NCBI GenBank assembly: GCA_038253135.1
Contig: JBBSHJ010000005.1
Coordinates: forward strand, 1-63,987
DNA length: 63,987 nt
Reading direction: 5' to 3'
DNA from: Mycobacteriales bacterium
GTDB lineage: Bacteria > Actinomycetota > Actinomycetes > Mycobacteriales > QHCD01
Shown here: piece after piece, positions 8,088 to 18,788 of the stretch
Layout: each line of letters opens with the position of its first letter
Position numbering within the stretch: the stretch's first letter is position 1
Position numbers and translations under genes: made by a program
The notes under the pieces: model-generated
Told to the model about the DNA's origin: nothing
Databases searched by the model: none
What the model saw: the letters and a program-made list of their open reading frames with translations, nothing else

Positions 8088-9089
8088 TCAACGCACGGTG
8101 TCGGCGGTGGTGGTGTCGCTGAGGGGACCGGCCCGGTGCAGCCGGATGTTCCCGCTGACGCTCCTTGCCTTGACATCGACCGCGCGCTCGCCGTGGATCG
8201 GGCCGGCCGCGTCGGTCGCATCGAGCTCGGACGAGAGCTCTCCTGTGAGCGTGTGGACGTCGAGGGCGACCAGCAGACCGGCCGCGACGCCGATCTCGAT
8301 GTCTCCGGAGGCGTTCTTGACCTGGACCCCGCCGCCGGCCCGCTCGATCCTGATGTTGCCGGACCCGGCGCCCATCTTGGTGTCGCCGTCGACCGTGCCC
8401 GCCTCCAGGTCACCGGATCCCGTGCTCGCTTCCAGGTTGCCACCGACACAGGTGGTGCTGATGTTCCCGCTGCCGGTGGAGAGCTTCGCCCGGCCGCCGA
8501 CCCGGCCGGCGCTGATCTCGCCGCTGCCGGTGGAGATGCTCGCGTCCGCACCGACGGTCTCGACGGCAATGTCGCCGCTGCCGGTGGAGAGCTTGGCGTT
8601 GGCGCCGACCGATTCCACGCCGATGTCCCCGCTACCGGTGCCCGCCGTGGCCTCGGTCGCCACCGCGGCGAGCCGGATGTCGCCCGAGCCGGTCTTGATG
8701 TCGGTGGTCTGGACCGTGTCCCTTGCCTCGACGTCACCGCTTCCGGTTCTCGCGGCCAGGGTCTGTATCGGGCCTTCGACCTTGACATCCCCGCTGCCGG
8801 TCTTGGCGGCGAGTGAGGACTCGCTGGGGATGGTGGCCTCGATCAGCAGGGCCGGGGAGTGGAGCCGGTGTTTGGGGCTGCGTACAACGATCTTGCTGGT
8901 GGCCGTGTTGAAGTCAACCGACGTCTGCCCGACGGCGTCGTCGGCGCGCTTTTCCAGTGCCGTGATCGTGACCCGCGCGGTCGCGATGTCTCGGCAGGTA
9001 ATGAGGATGTCGCCGTTGTCGTTCTCGACGTCGAGCGACGGCGGAGTCGGCGTGTCGAAGGTGTAGGTCTGCGAAGCGCGGTCACTCAC
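8088..9089 (-). CDS. DUF4097 family beta-strand repeat protein
   Basis: 333 aa with about ten reiterations of TGSGD(I/V) spaced ~18-20 aa apart (KTGSGDVKVEG, RTGSGDVEARD, KTGSGDIRLAA, STGSGDIAVET ...). Typical DUF4097 architecture. Confidence 0.8.
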   Translation of the reverse strand: MSDRASQTYTFDTPTPPSLDVENDNGDILITCRDIATARVTITALEKRADDAVGQTSVDFNTATSKIVVRSPKHRLHSPALLIEATIPSESSLAAKTGSGDVKVEGPIQTLAARTGSGDVEARDTVQTTDIKTGSGDIRLAAVATEATAGTGSGDIGVESVGANAKLSTGSGDIAVETVGADASISTGSGEISAGRVGGRAKLSTGSGNISTTCVGGNLEASTGSGDLEAGTVDGDTKMGAGSGNIRIERAGGGVQVKNASGDIEIGVAAGLLVALDVHTLTGELSSELDATDAAGPIHGERAVDVKARSVSGNIRLHRAGPLSDTTTADTVR

Positions 9090-9122
9090 GATGCTCTCCT
9101 AGGTTTGTCAGATGATTGGATG

Positions 9123-9306
9123 TCACGCGAAGAACCCGGCGGCCACCGATCGGGCCCGCAGCAGGTGGATATTCCCGCCGATGCTCCGCGCTGAATGGTG
9201 CTGACGGCCCGCCGGATGCCGGCGAGCCGGATTCTGGTGGAGGGTCGGGCGCATCGAACTGGTAGGGCTGGCAAGCACGGTCACTCACGACGTCGTCTCC
9301 TGGCAT
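9123..9306 (-). pseudogene. Collapsed remnant of a second DUF4097-type gene (N- and C-terminal ends only, in different frames)
   Basis: ORF 9082..9306 starts ..VSDRACQPYQFDAPDPP, compared with MSDRASQTYTFDTPTPP in the neighbouring gene. A second frame ending at stop 9123..9125 reads ARSIGGNIHLLRARS, compared with KARSVSGNIRLHRAGP at the neighbour's C-terminus. Confidence 0.4.
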
Positions 9307-9321
9307 CAGGCGGATTGGCGA

Positions 9322-9780
9322 TCAGGTGCGGGCGTAGCCGCGTAGGGTGCGGCCCTGTCCGGGGGTGGAACTGCCGGCCTCGGTTGCTCGGCGGACGGCC
9401 TGGACCAGCCAGGCGTTGACCGACTGACCGTCGCGCTCCGCCCGGGTCTCGACGCGGCTCTTGAGCGAATCGGGTAGCCGCAGCGTGATCCGGCTGGTGC
9501 CGGAGTCGAGGTCGTCCGGCCCGGCCGGAGGTGCGACGTCCTCGGCGTTGACGACGATCTCCGGGTCGCGGCCGGCCAGCCGGACTTGGACCTGCACGCC
9601 GTGCACGGCCGCAGAAACCTCGGCCGCGGTCGCGGAGATGGCATCCATGAGGGCGAGCCGGGCGGCGGGATCGAGCGCCGCAGCGAGCAGGCCTCCGATC
9701 CGCTCCGCGTCCTGACCGGCGGCGGCGACCGACCGTTCCAAGTCCTGGCGCAGCGATTCGACAAAAGGCGACAGCTTCAT
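9322..9780 (-). CDS. HicB-like / ribbon-helix-helix domain protein
   Basis: ORF 9322..9915 trimmed to ATG 9780 (MKLSPFVESLRQDLER..). C-terminal RHH RITLRLPDSLKSRVETRAERDGQSVNAWLVQAVRRA. First gene of the apparent operon with the DUF4097 gene. Confidence 0.65.
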   Translation of the reverse strand: MKLSPFVESLRQDLERSVAAAGQDAERIGGLLAAALDPAARLALMDAISATAAEVSAAVHGVQVQVRLAGRDPEIVVNAEDVAPPAGPDDLDSGTSRITLRLPDSLKSRVETRAERDGQSVNAWLVQAVRRATEAGSSTPGQGRTLRGYART

Positions 9781-9863
9781 GACGTCACTATGACGTCGCG
9801 AAGATGTCATTGTCAATGCCCGAGGGGAGAGTCGGCGGGCCGGCCGCCGGTAAGGTCCGCAGG

Positions 9864-10622
9864 GTGACCGACCCCGAGATCGCCGCCCTGTCGGTGCGGG
9901 TGATCGCGCAGACACACTTCAGCCCGCCGGCCGACGTGCCGTGGGAGACCGACGCCGACGGCGGCCAGGCGCTCGCCGAATTCGCCGGCCGCGCGTGCTA
10001 CCAGTCGTGGGCCAAGCCCAACCCGTCGACCGCCACCAACGCCGGCTACCTCCGGCACATCCTCGAGGTGGGCCACCTCTCGGTGCTCGAGCACGGCGTG
10101 GTGACGATGTACCTCACCGGCGTGTCGCGGTCGATGACACACGAGCTGATCCGGCACCGGCACTTCTCCTACAGCCAGCTCTCCCAGCGGTACGTGCCCG
10201 AGCGCGATGCCGCCATGGTCGAGCCTGCCGTGATCGCGGCGGACCCCGAGCTGCACGCGACGTTCGTGGCCGCGGCGGCGGCCGCCGTCACGGCGTACAC
10301 CGAGCTCCTCGCCGGCCTGCAGCGACGGTTCGCCGACGTGGGCACCGCCACCCTCCGGCGCAAGCAGGCCCGCCAGGCGGCGCGGACGGTCCTGCCGAAC
10401 GCCTCCGAGACCCGCATCGTCGTGACCGGTAACTACCGGGCGTGGCGGCACTTCATCGGGATGCGGGCCTCCGAGCACGCCGACGTGGAGATCCGCGGGT
10501 GCGCGGTCGCCTGCCTGCGCGAGCTGCAGCGGGTCGCGGGCAACGTCTTCGCCGATTTCGAGATCACCACGCTGCCGGACAGCACCGAGATCGCGAGCAG
10601 CCCGCTGGTGACAGAGGGCTGA
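9864..10622 (+). CDS. thyX: FAD-dependent thymidylate synthase
   Basis: ORF 9804..10622. GTG 9864 gives a ~252 aa product collinear with my memory of mycobacterial ThyX. ThyX motif [14 protein letters not shown]. ...[22 protein letters not shown]. Confidence 0.9.
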   Translation: MTDPEIAALSVRVIAQTHFSPPADVPWETDADGGQALAEFAGRACYQSWAKPNPSTATNAGYLRHILEVGHLSVLEHGVVTMYLTGVSRSMTHELIRHRHFSYSQLSQRYVPERDAAMVEPAVIAADPELHATFVAAAAAAVTAYTELLAGLQRRFADVGTATLRRKQARQAARTVLPNASETRIVVTGNYRAWRHFIGMRASEHADVEIRGCAVACLRELQRVAGNVFADFEITTLPDSTEIASSPLVTEG

Positions 10623-10882
10623 GGACGGTAACGGGCGCCGATCGGGCTGGCCGAGAGCGGACGCAGGCAACCGCAAATCTCAGGTTGAGTGCGCCGCTTC
10701 AGACAACGATGTCCGGTTAGTCCCGTATCGAGCGGCGCAGGTCCTGCGGCACGGTCCCCGAATGTTGCCGGAGAGGTTGCGCTCTCACCAGAAAGTCGTG
10801 GCATACTTGTCCGCGAGGCCCCGCGACGTTCTGGACCCCCGACTGGCGCGTCGTGGGGCCTCTCCATGTCCGCACCAAGCTT

Positions 10883-10942
10883 CTGCACACCGCGCATCTG
10901 CACCCCGCGCATCTGCACCCCGCGCATCTGCACCCCGCGCAC
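10883..10942. repeat. Tandem repeat, 15 bp x 4 (CTGCACMCCGCGCAY), 30-90 nt upstream of the dapA start
   Basis: Direct reading: ctgcacaccgcgcat ctgcaccccgcgcat ctgcaccccgcgcat ctgcaccccgcgcac. Confidence 0.95.
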
Positions 10943-10971
10943 CGGCCAGAGCCAACCGGTAGCGTTGGCGC

Positions 10972-11901
10972 ATGCGAACCGACCGGCCACCTTTCGGCCG
11001 TAATCTGACGGCGATGGTCACGCCCTTCACCGATGACGGGCGACTCGATCTGGACTCGGCCGCCAAGCTCGCGACGCACCTCGTACAGGTCGGCCGGAAC
11101 GACGGCCTGGTCCTGAGCGGCACGACGGGCGAGTCGCCGACGACGACCGACAAGGAGAAGGCCGCGCTGATCGGTGCGGTGAAGGACGCGATCGCCGGCC
11201 GCGCCGTCGTCGTCGCCGGTGTCGGCACCAATGACACCGAGCACAGCCTGCACCTTGCCCGCGCGGCGGCGGGCGCCGGTGCCGACGGGCTGCTCGTGGT
11301 GACGCCCTACTACTCCAAGCCCACGCAGGCCGGCATCATCGCGCACACCCGCAAGGTCGCCGATTCCACCGACCTGCCGGTGATGCTCTACGACATCCCC
11401 GGTCGGACCGGCACGCCGCTGGCGACAGAGACGCTGTGCGCGCTGGCGGAGCATCCTCGGATCGTCGCCGTCAAGGACGCCAAGGGCGATCTGCTCTCGG
11501 GCAGCGAGGTCATGACCCGCTCCGGCTTGCGGTACTACAGCGGCGATGACCCGCTGAACCTTGCCTGGCTGTGCCACGGCGCGCAGGGTGTGGTCAGCGT
11601 CGTCGGGCACGTGCTCGGGTCGTCGTACGCCGACATGATCGCGGCCGTCGACGCCGGCGACCTGCCCGCCGCGCAAGCCGTGTACCGACGGCTCATCCCG
11701 GCCGTGCGCACGATCATGTCGCCCGTGAGCCAGGGCGCGATCCGGGCCAAGGCGGCCGTGCACGCGATGGGCCTCATCGCGTCCCGGACCATGCGGCTGC
11801 CGCTGCTCGCGGCCACCGACGACGAGGTGGTCGAGATCAAGGCGGCCATCGGCGCGGCCGAGCGCCCCCCGTCCCGCGGCGACGGCGGGCCGGCGGCATG
11901 A
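10972..11901 (+). CDS. dapA: 4-hydroxy-tetrahydrodipicolinate synthase
   Basis: 309 aa. ...LTAMVTPFTDDG...VLSGTTGESPTTT...GLLVVTPYYSKP...MLYDIPGRTG...IVAVKDAKGD (catalytic Lys block). Confidence 0.93.
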   Translation: MRTDRPPFGRNLTAMVTPFTDDGRLDLDSAAKLATHLVQVGRNDGLVLSGTTGESPTTTDKEKAALIGAVKDAIAGRAVVVAGVGTNDTEHSLHLARAAAGAGADGLLVVTPYYSKPTQAGIIAHTRKVADSTDLPVMLYDIPGRTGTPLATETLCALAEHPRIVAVKDAKGDLLSGSEVMTRSGLRYYSGDDPLNLAWLCHGAQGVVSVVGHVLGSSYADMIAAVDAGDLPAAQAVYRRLIPAVRTIMSPVSQGAIRAKAAVHAMGLIASRTMRLPLLAATDDEVVEIKAAIGAAERPPSRGDGGPAA

Positions 11902-13586
11902 GCAACGCCGCGGGCGTCGACCGCTCGCCGAAGCCCCTTCTCGCCAACGGTTTGCGGATCATCCCGCTCGGTGGCGTCGGCGAGATCGGCCGCAACATGA
12001 CGGTCTTCGAGTACGACGGCAAGCTGCTGATCGTGGACTGTGGGGTCCTCTTCCCGGAGGAGGATCAGCCCGGCGTCGACCTCATCCTGCCCGACTTCTC
12101 CTACCTGCGGGGCCGCGCCGACGACATCGTGGGCGTCGTACTCACGCACGGGCACGAGGACCACATCGGCGGGCTGCCCTACCTGCTGCGCGAGCACCAG
12201 GGATTGCCGCTGATCGGGTCGACCTTCACCCTGGCGCTGGTCGAGGCGAAGCTGCGGGAGCACCGGATCAAGCCCTACACGCTGCCGGTCGCCGAGGGCC
12301 GCCGCGAGACGCTCGGGCCGTTCGAGTGCGAGTTCTTCGCGGTCAACCACTCGATCCCCGACGCGCTCGCCGTGGCCATCCGCACCGGAGCCGGCCTCGT
12401 CCTGCACACCGGCGACTTCAAGATGGACCAGCTGCCGCTGGACGGGCGGCTGACCGATCTCGGCGGTTTCGCGCGCCTCGGGTCGGAGGGCGTCGACCTG
12501 TTGATGTCCGACTCGACCAACGCCGAGGTGCCGGGTTTCGTCACGTCCGAGCGCCGGATCGGCCCGGTCCTCGACCAGGTCGTGCGGGATGCCAAGAGCA
12601 AGGTCGTCGTCGCCTGCTTCTCCTCGCACGTGCACCGCGTGCAGCAGGTGCTCGATGCGGCGCAACGGCACGGCCGCAAGGTGGCCTTCGTCGGCCGGTC
12701 GATGGTGCGCAACATGGGCGTCGCCCGCGACCTCGGACTGCTGACGATCCCCGACCGGCTGCTGGTCAGCATGGACGTCATCACATCACTTCCGCCGCGT
12801 GAGGTCGTGCTGATCTCCACCGGTTCGCAGGGTGAGCCGCTCTCGGCCCTCGCCCGGATGGCCAACCGGGAGCATCACCAGGTCCGGATCGAGGCCGATG
12901 ACACCGTCATCCTCGCCTCGAGCCTCGTGCCGGGGAACGAGTCGGCCGTCTACAAGGTGATCAACGGCCTGGCGCGGTACGGCGCGACGGTGGTCCACAA
13001 GGAAGTCGCGATGGTGCACGTCTCCGGGCACTCGCCGGCCGGTGAGCTGCTCTACGTGCTCAACGCGACCCGCCCGAGCAACATGATGCCCGTGCACGGC
13101 GAGTGGCGGCACCTGCGCGCGCACGGCAAGCTCGCCGAGGCGACCGGCGTACCGGCCGAACGCGTCGTGCTGGCCGAGGACGGGTTCGTCATCGACCTCG
13201 TCGACGGCATCGCCAGCATCGCCGGCAAGGTCGACTGCGGGTTCGTCTACGTCGACGGGCTCGAGGTCGGCGACGTCGGCGAGTCGACGCTGCGCGACCG
13301 GCGCATCCTCGGTGACGACGGCTTCATCGCCATCACCGTCGCGATCGACTCGGTGACCGGCAAGGTCACCGGCGAGCCGCACGTGTCCGGGCGCGGCTTC
13401 TCCGACGAGCCGGACGCGTTCGAGCCGGTGCTGCCGCTGATCGAGGCCGAGCTGGCCCGGGCCACGGCCGAGGGCGTCAGCAGCAACCACCAGCTGGCCC
13501 AGCAGGTACGCCGGGTGGTCGGCAAGTGGGTCGCCGACACCTACCGGCGCCGGCCGATGATCGTGCCGACCGTCATCTCGGTCTGA
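11898..13586 (+). CDS. rnj: Ribonuclease J
   Basis: Real start is ATG 11898, overlapping the dapA stop (ATGA), inside the longer ORF 11571..13586. Metallo-beta-lactamase motif LTHGHEDHIGG. ...LRIIPLGGVGEIGRNMTVFEYDGKLLIVDCG... Confidence 0.92.
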   Translation: MSNAAGVDRSPKPLLANGLRIIPLGGVGEIGRNMTVFEYDGKLLIVDCGVLFPEEDQPGVDLILPDFSYLRGRADDIVGVVLTHGHEDHIGGLPYLLREHQGLPLIGSTFTLALVEAKLREHRIKPYTLPVAEGRRETLGPFECEFFAVNHSIPDALAVAIRTGAGLVLHTGDFKMDQLPLDGRLTDLGGFARLGSEGVDLLMSDSTNAEVPGFVTSERRIGPVLDQVVRDAKSKVVVACFSSHVHRVQQVLDAAQRHGRKVAFVGRSMVRNMGVARDLGLLTIPDRLLVSMDVITSLPPREVVLISTGSQGEPLSALARMANREHHQVRIEADDTVILASSLVPGNESAVYKVINGLARYGATVVHKEVAMVHVSGHSPAGELLYVLNATRPSNMMPVHGEWRHLRAHGKLAEATGVPAERVVLAEDGFVIDLVDGIASIAGKVDCGFVYVDGLEVGDVGESTLRDRRILGDDGFIAITVAIDSVTGKVTGEPHVSGRGFSDEPDAFEPVLPLIEAELARATAEGVSSNHQLAQQVRRVVGKWVADTYRRRPMIVPTVISV

Positions 13587-13594
13587 CCCGGGCG

Positions 13595-13981
13595 TCACCG
13601 CGTTGCTAGGACGTCGACCAGCCCGCGCGCGGCCCGTCCCGGCCCGGCGTGCGTGGTGAGCAGCTGGGCGCCGAGGGTCTCCGCGTGGGCGATGTAGCAG
13701 CCGTCGTAGCCGCCGCAGCGGTCCCGCAGCCACCAGGCCCGACGGCGTAACGCGACGTGGCGATGGCGGACGAGGGCGAGCTCGCCGAGCTCATCGACGG
13801 CACGTGCGCCCGCCTCGACCGCCAGCCACCCGCACAGCGCCGACAGACGGACTACGGCTATGACCTCGGGATCGATCAGCTCGGGCGCGTGCGCCTCGTT
13901 GACCGTGCCCGGTACCTGCGCGATGCCGCTGGCCCGGTCCGTGCCGAGAAGGAGGTTCACCGCCGCCGAGGCATCGAGCAC
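13595..13981 (-). CDS. vapC: Type II toxin, PIN domain ribonuclease VapC
   Basis: 128 aa starting at GTG 13981 with a GGAG RBS 4 nt upstream. VLDASAAVNLLL (first acidic PIN residue) and a conserved acidic residue further on. Lies immediately downstream of the small antitoxin gene. Confidence 0.75.
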   Translation of the reverse strand: MLDASAAVNLLLGTDRASGIAQVPGTVNEAHAPELIDPEVIAVVRLSALCGWLAVEAGARAVDELGELALVRHRHVALRRRAWWLRDRCGGYDGCYIAHAETLGAQLLTTHAGPGRAARGLVDVLATR

Positions 13982-13994
13982 TATCTCCGCGGCG

Positions 13995-14225
13995 TCAGTT
14001 GGCGGCCCGCTCGCGGGCGAGCGCGTCCGCGCAAGACTCGGGCACCTCCGTCACGGGCCGACCGGACAGGCGGGCGAGCATCTCGGACATGGTCGGGCGC
14101 CGGGCGACCTCGACGATCTCGGCGCGGACCAGCTCCGAGAGCGAACGACGCTGCTCACGAGCGCGGACCGTCTGGCGCTGGTGAACGTCGTCGGGGACGT
14201 CGCGAACCTGGATCGCCTTGGCCAT
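13995..14225 (-). CDS. vapB: Type II antitoxin VapB (RHH/FitA-like)
   Basis: 76 aa: MAKAIQVRDVPDDVHQRQTVRAREQRRSLSELVRAEIVEVARRP.. This is the C-terminal part of the spurious long ORF 13995..14762. Its stop lies 13 nt before the vapC start. Confidence 0.7.
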   Translation of the reverse strand: MAKAIQVRDVPDDVHQRQTVRAREQRRSLSELVRAEIVEVARRPTMSEMLARLSGRPVTEVPESCADALARERAAN

Positions 14226-14227
14226 GA

Positions 14228-16079
<1,852 letters not shown>

Positions 16080-16238
16080 GGTTCCGGCTCCCAGTGGACG
16101 GTTGCGGTCGGACCTCTCAGCATCCGTGACGGCTGCCGGCCGCGACTCGGCGGGCACCCTGAATCCGACCCTGACATCCACCATGCGATGCGGATCCGAC
16201 CGGTCGCAGTGGGGCCAGCACCCCTCTTTTCCGGGGGC

Positions 16239-17510
16239 TCAGTCACGGTGGAGTGCGCGCAGGCGGATGGTCTCGGGCAGGCCCGCCAGCGCTGCCACGC
16301 CGGGCTCGTCCAGCGCCTTGCCGACATCGGTCACGACGTAGCCGACCTCGCCGCGGGTGCCCAGCGACTGGCCGTCGATGTTGACGCCGCAGTCGGCGAG
16401 CACGCCGTTGATCTTCGCCAGTACGCCGGGCAGGTTGCGGTGCACGTGCACGAGCCGCAGCGGGCTCTCGTCCTCGGCCGGTACGACGGGGGGCAGGTTG
16501 ACCGACAGCGTCGTCGTACCGTCCAGAACGTAGTGCCGGAGCTTGGACGCGACGAACCGGCCGATGTCCTGCTGCGCCTCCTCGGTCGACCCGCCGACGT
16601 GCGGGGTGAGGATGACGTTGCGCAGCCCGCGCAGCTCCGACTCGAACGCCTCGCCGCGGCGCTTGGGTTCCCGGGGAAAGACGTCGATCGCGGCGCCGGC
16701 CACGTGCCCGGACTCGACGTGCCGGCGCAGCGCGCCGTGATCGACGACGAAGCCGCGGGAGAGATTCAGGAAGATCGCGCCCTGCCGCATCGTGCCGAAC
16801 TGGGCGTCACCGAACAGGTCGTTGTTGCCCGGCCGCCCGTCGACGTGCAGCGTGACGACGTCGGACCCGGCCAGCAGCTCGGCGAGGGTGCGGCAGCGCT
16901 TGGCATTTCCGAGCGCGAGCTTGTCGGCGGTGTCGTAGAACGAGACCGCCATCCCGAGGGCCTCGGCGACCACCGAGAGCTGGCTGCCGATGTTGCCGTA
17001 ACCCACGATGCCCAGGCGTCGGCCCCGGATCTCGTGGCTGCCCGCGGCCGACTTGTCCCAGATGCCGGCGTGCATGTCGGTGGTCTTGTCGGTGAGCCGG
17101 CGGGTGAGCGCGATGATCTCGGCGATCGCCAGCTCGACGACGCTGCGGGTGTTGGAGAACGGGGCGTTGAAGACGGCGATGCCGCGCTCGGTCGCCGCCG
17201 GCAGGTCGAGCTGGTTGGTGCCGATGCAGAAGGCGCCGACGGCGATCAGATCGGGCGCGGCGGCGAGGGCGGGCTCGGTGACCTGGGTCTGCGAGCGCAC
17301 GCCGAGCAGGCTCACGCCGGGGAGGCGCTCGATCAGCTGGGGTTCGGTCAGGGCGCCGTCGTGCGTTTCGACGCGGAATCCGGCGTCGCGGAGCACGCCG
17401 GCCGCGTCGGGGTGGATGCTCTCGAGCAGCAGGGCGCGCTGGGGACGTGTCCCGGCGTCGGTGGCAGCGGTCACGGCGGGGTGCCTCTCTGCGGCGGGCG
17501 TGCTGGGCAC
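16239..17510 (-). CDS. serA: D-3-phosphoglycerate dehydrogenase (short form with C-terminal ACT domain)
   Basis: 423 aa. ...RLGIVGYGNIGSQL (NAD site)...LTPHVGGSTEEAQ... C-terminal ACT-like segment LRLVHVHRNLPGVLAKINGVLAD. Confidence 0.88.
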   Translation of the reverse strand: MPSTPAAERHPAVTAATDAGTRPQRALLLESIHPDAAGVLRDAGFRVETHDGALTEPQLIERLPGVSLLGVRSQTQVTEPALAAAPDLIAVGAFCIGTNQLDLPAATERGIAVFNAPFSNTRSVVELAIAEIIALTRRLTDKTTDMHAGIWDKSAAGSHEIRGRRLGIVGYGNIGSQLSVVAEALGMAVSFYDTADKLALGNAKRCRTLAELLAGSDVVTLHVDGRPGNNDLFGDAQFGTMRQGAIFLNLSRGFVVDHGALRRHVESGHVAGAAIDVFPREPKRRGEAFESELRGLRNVILTPHVGGSTEEAQQDIGRFVASKLRHYVLDGTTTLSVNLPPVVPAEDESPLRLVHVHRNLPGVLAKINGVLADCGVNIDGQSLGTRGEVGYVVTDVGKALDEPGVAALAGLPETIRLRALHRD

Positions 17511-17757
17511 GCGGGGGCTCCGAATTCACGCCGGCTCCGCGGAAAAGAGTGCTCGGCGGTGAGAGGGGCGGGGCCCAGGCGTGCGGTCCCGATCGGATCG
17601 TTCGGGCCGCTCCCCGGTGGTTGCCCCCCCGACGCCAGTCACGGCGTACCCACCTTAACCGGACGGTGCGACGGTGGTCATCTCGAGATCGGCACCGGAC
17701 TGGGGGAAATCATCCACCGATCCGGTGCGCGATTCCCCCACCCCGGGGGCGGGACGG

Positions 17758-18753
17758 TTACAGTGCCACGATCGCCTTCTTCTCGACCGACTCGTAGGCG
17801 CCGAGGATCACCTTGAGCACGTTGATGCCCTCGACCTGGGTGTCGATCGGCCGGGCGCCCTCGCGGATGCAGCGGGCGAAGTCGGCGATCTCTGCGGTGA
17901 AACCGTCCACCGGGTCGAAGGTGTAGGTGTGCGTGTCGCCGCGACCCTCGCGGACGCTGAGCGTCGTACCGTCGCTCCATAGCGAGCCCTTCTCGCCGAC
18001 GACGGAGAACCGCTCGGTGCACCCGGCCGGGTTGTAGGCCCAGCTGGTGATGATCGTCCCGACCGCACCGGACGCGAAGCGCACCATGACCTGCGCCGAG
18101 TCCTCGCCCTCCATGAAGGCCAGCCGGTGCGTCGACGTCATGGCGGTCACCTCGGTCGGCGCCGAGCCGGCAAGGTGCAGCAGCAGGTACGTCGGGTGGT
18201 AGCCGGTGTCGATCAGCTCGCCGCCGCCCGAGGTCGCCTTGTGCGCCCGCCAGCCCATGTTGGCCGGGTCGAAATTGTTGAAGAAGCTGTCCGTCGTCCG
18301 CAGCTCGTACGGCGTACCGATCGCGCCGGCGGTGAGCAGCTCACGCGCCTTCGCCACCGGCGGCATGAACAGCTGGTTGTGCGCGCACATCAGGGTGATG
18401 CCCGCCTTGTCGACGGCATCGCCGACGCGTGCGGCCTCGTCCAGCGACAGGCACAGCGGTTTCTCGCACAGCACGTGCTTGCCGGCCTCGGCCGCGGCCA
18501 CGATCGCGTCGACGTGCAGGTGGTGCGGCAGGCAGATGTCGACCGCGTCGACCGGCGTCTTCTCCAGCATCTCCCGGTAGTCGGAGTACGTCGCGGCATC
18601 GCCGAGCTCGCCCGCGCGACGCCGCGCGTTCTCGGCGACGACGTCGGAGACGGCGGCCACGGTGATCGCGTCGGCCGCGGCCTGATAGCCGCGCACGTGC
18701 GCACCGGCAATGCCGCCGGCGCCGATCAGCCCGACCTTCAGTTTGTCGGCCAT
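17758..18753 (-). CDS. Gfo/Idh/MocA family oxidoreductase
   Basis: 331 aa. N-terminal Rossmann LKVGLIGAGGIAGAH. ...EKPLCLSLDEA... family signature. Confidence 0.85.
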   Translation of the reverse strand: MADKLKVGLIGAGGIAGAHVRGYQAAADAITVAAVSDVVAENARRRAGELGDAATYSDYREMLEKTPVDAVDICLPHHLHVDAIVAAAEAGKHVLCEKPLCLSLDEAARVGDAVDKAGITLMCAHNQLFMPPVAKARELLTAGAIGTPYELRTTDSFFNNFDPANMGWRAHKATSGGGELIDTGYHPTYLLLHLAGSAPTEVTAMTSTHRLAFMEGEDSAQVMVRFASGAVGTIITSWAYNPAGCTERFSVVGEKGSLWSDGTTLSVREGRGDTHTYTFDPVDGFTAEIADFARCIREGARPIDTQVEGINVLKVILGAYESVEKKAIVAL

Positions 18754-18788
18754 GTCCTGGATGCTCCCTCTGGTTGGATTCGGTGGTG

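Noticed and set aside
10433-10990. Minus-strand ORF with an MRGVQ-MRGVQ-MRGVQ peptide repeat.
   Set aside because: It is a by-product of the 15-bp tandem repeat upstream of dapA. There is no RBS, it overlaps the dapA start, and its composition is implausible.
17511-17757. 247-bp serA leader region, inspected for a riboswitch or sRNA; also a CCCCC-ggggt-GGGGG hairpin after the Gfo-family stop.
   Set aside because: I recognised no match to a known riboswitch consensus (glycine, SAM, TPP and others). The hairpin is short and G/C-homopolymeric. This needs covariance-model scanning (Rfam/Infernal).
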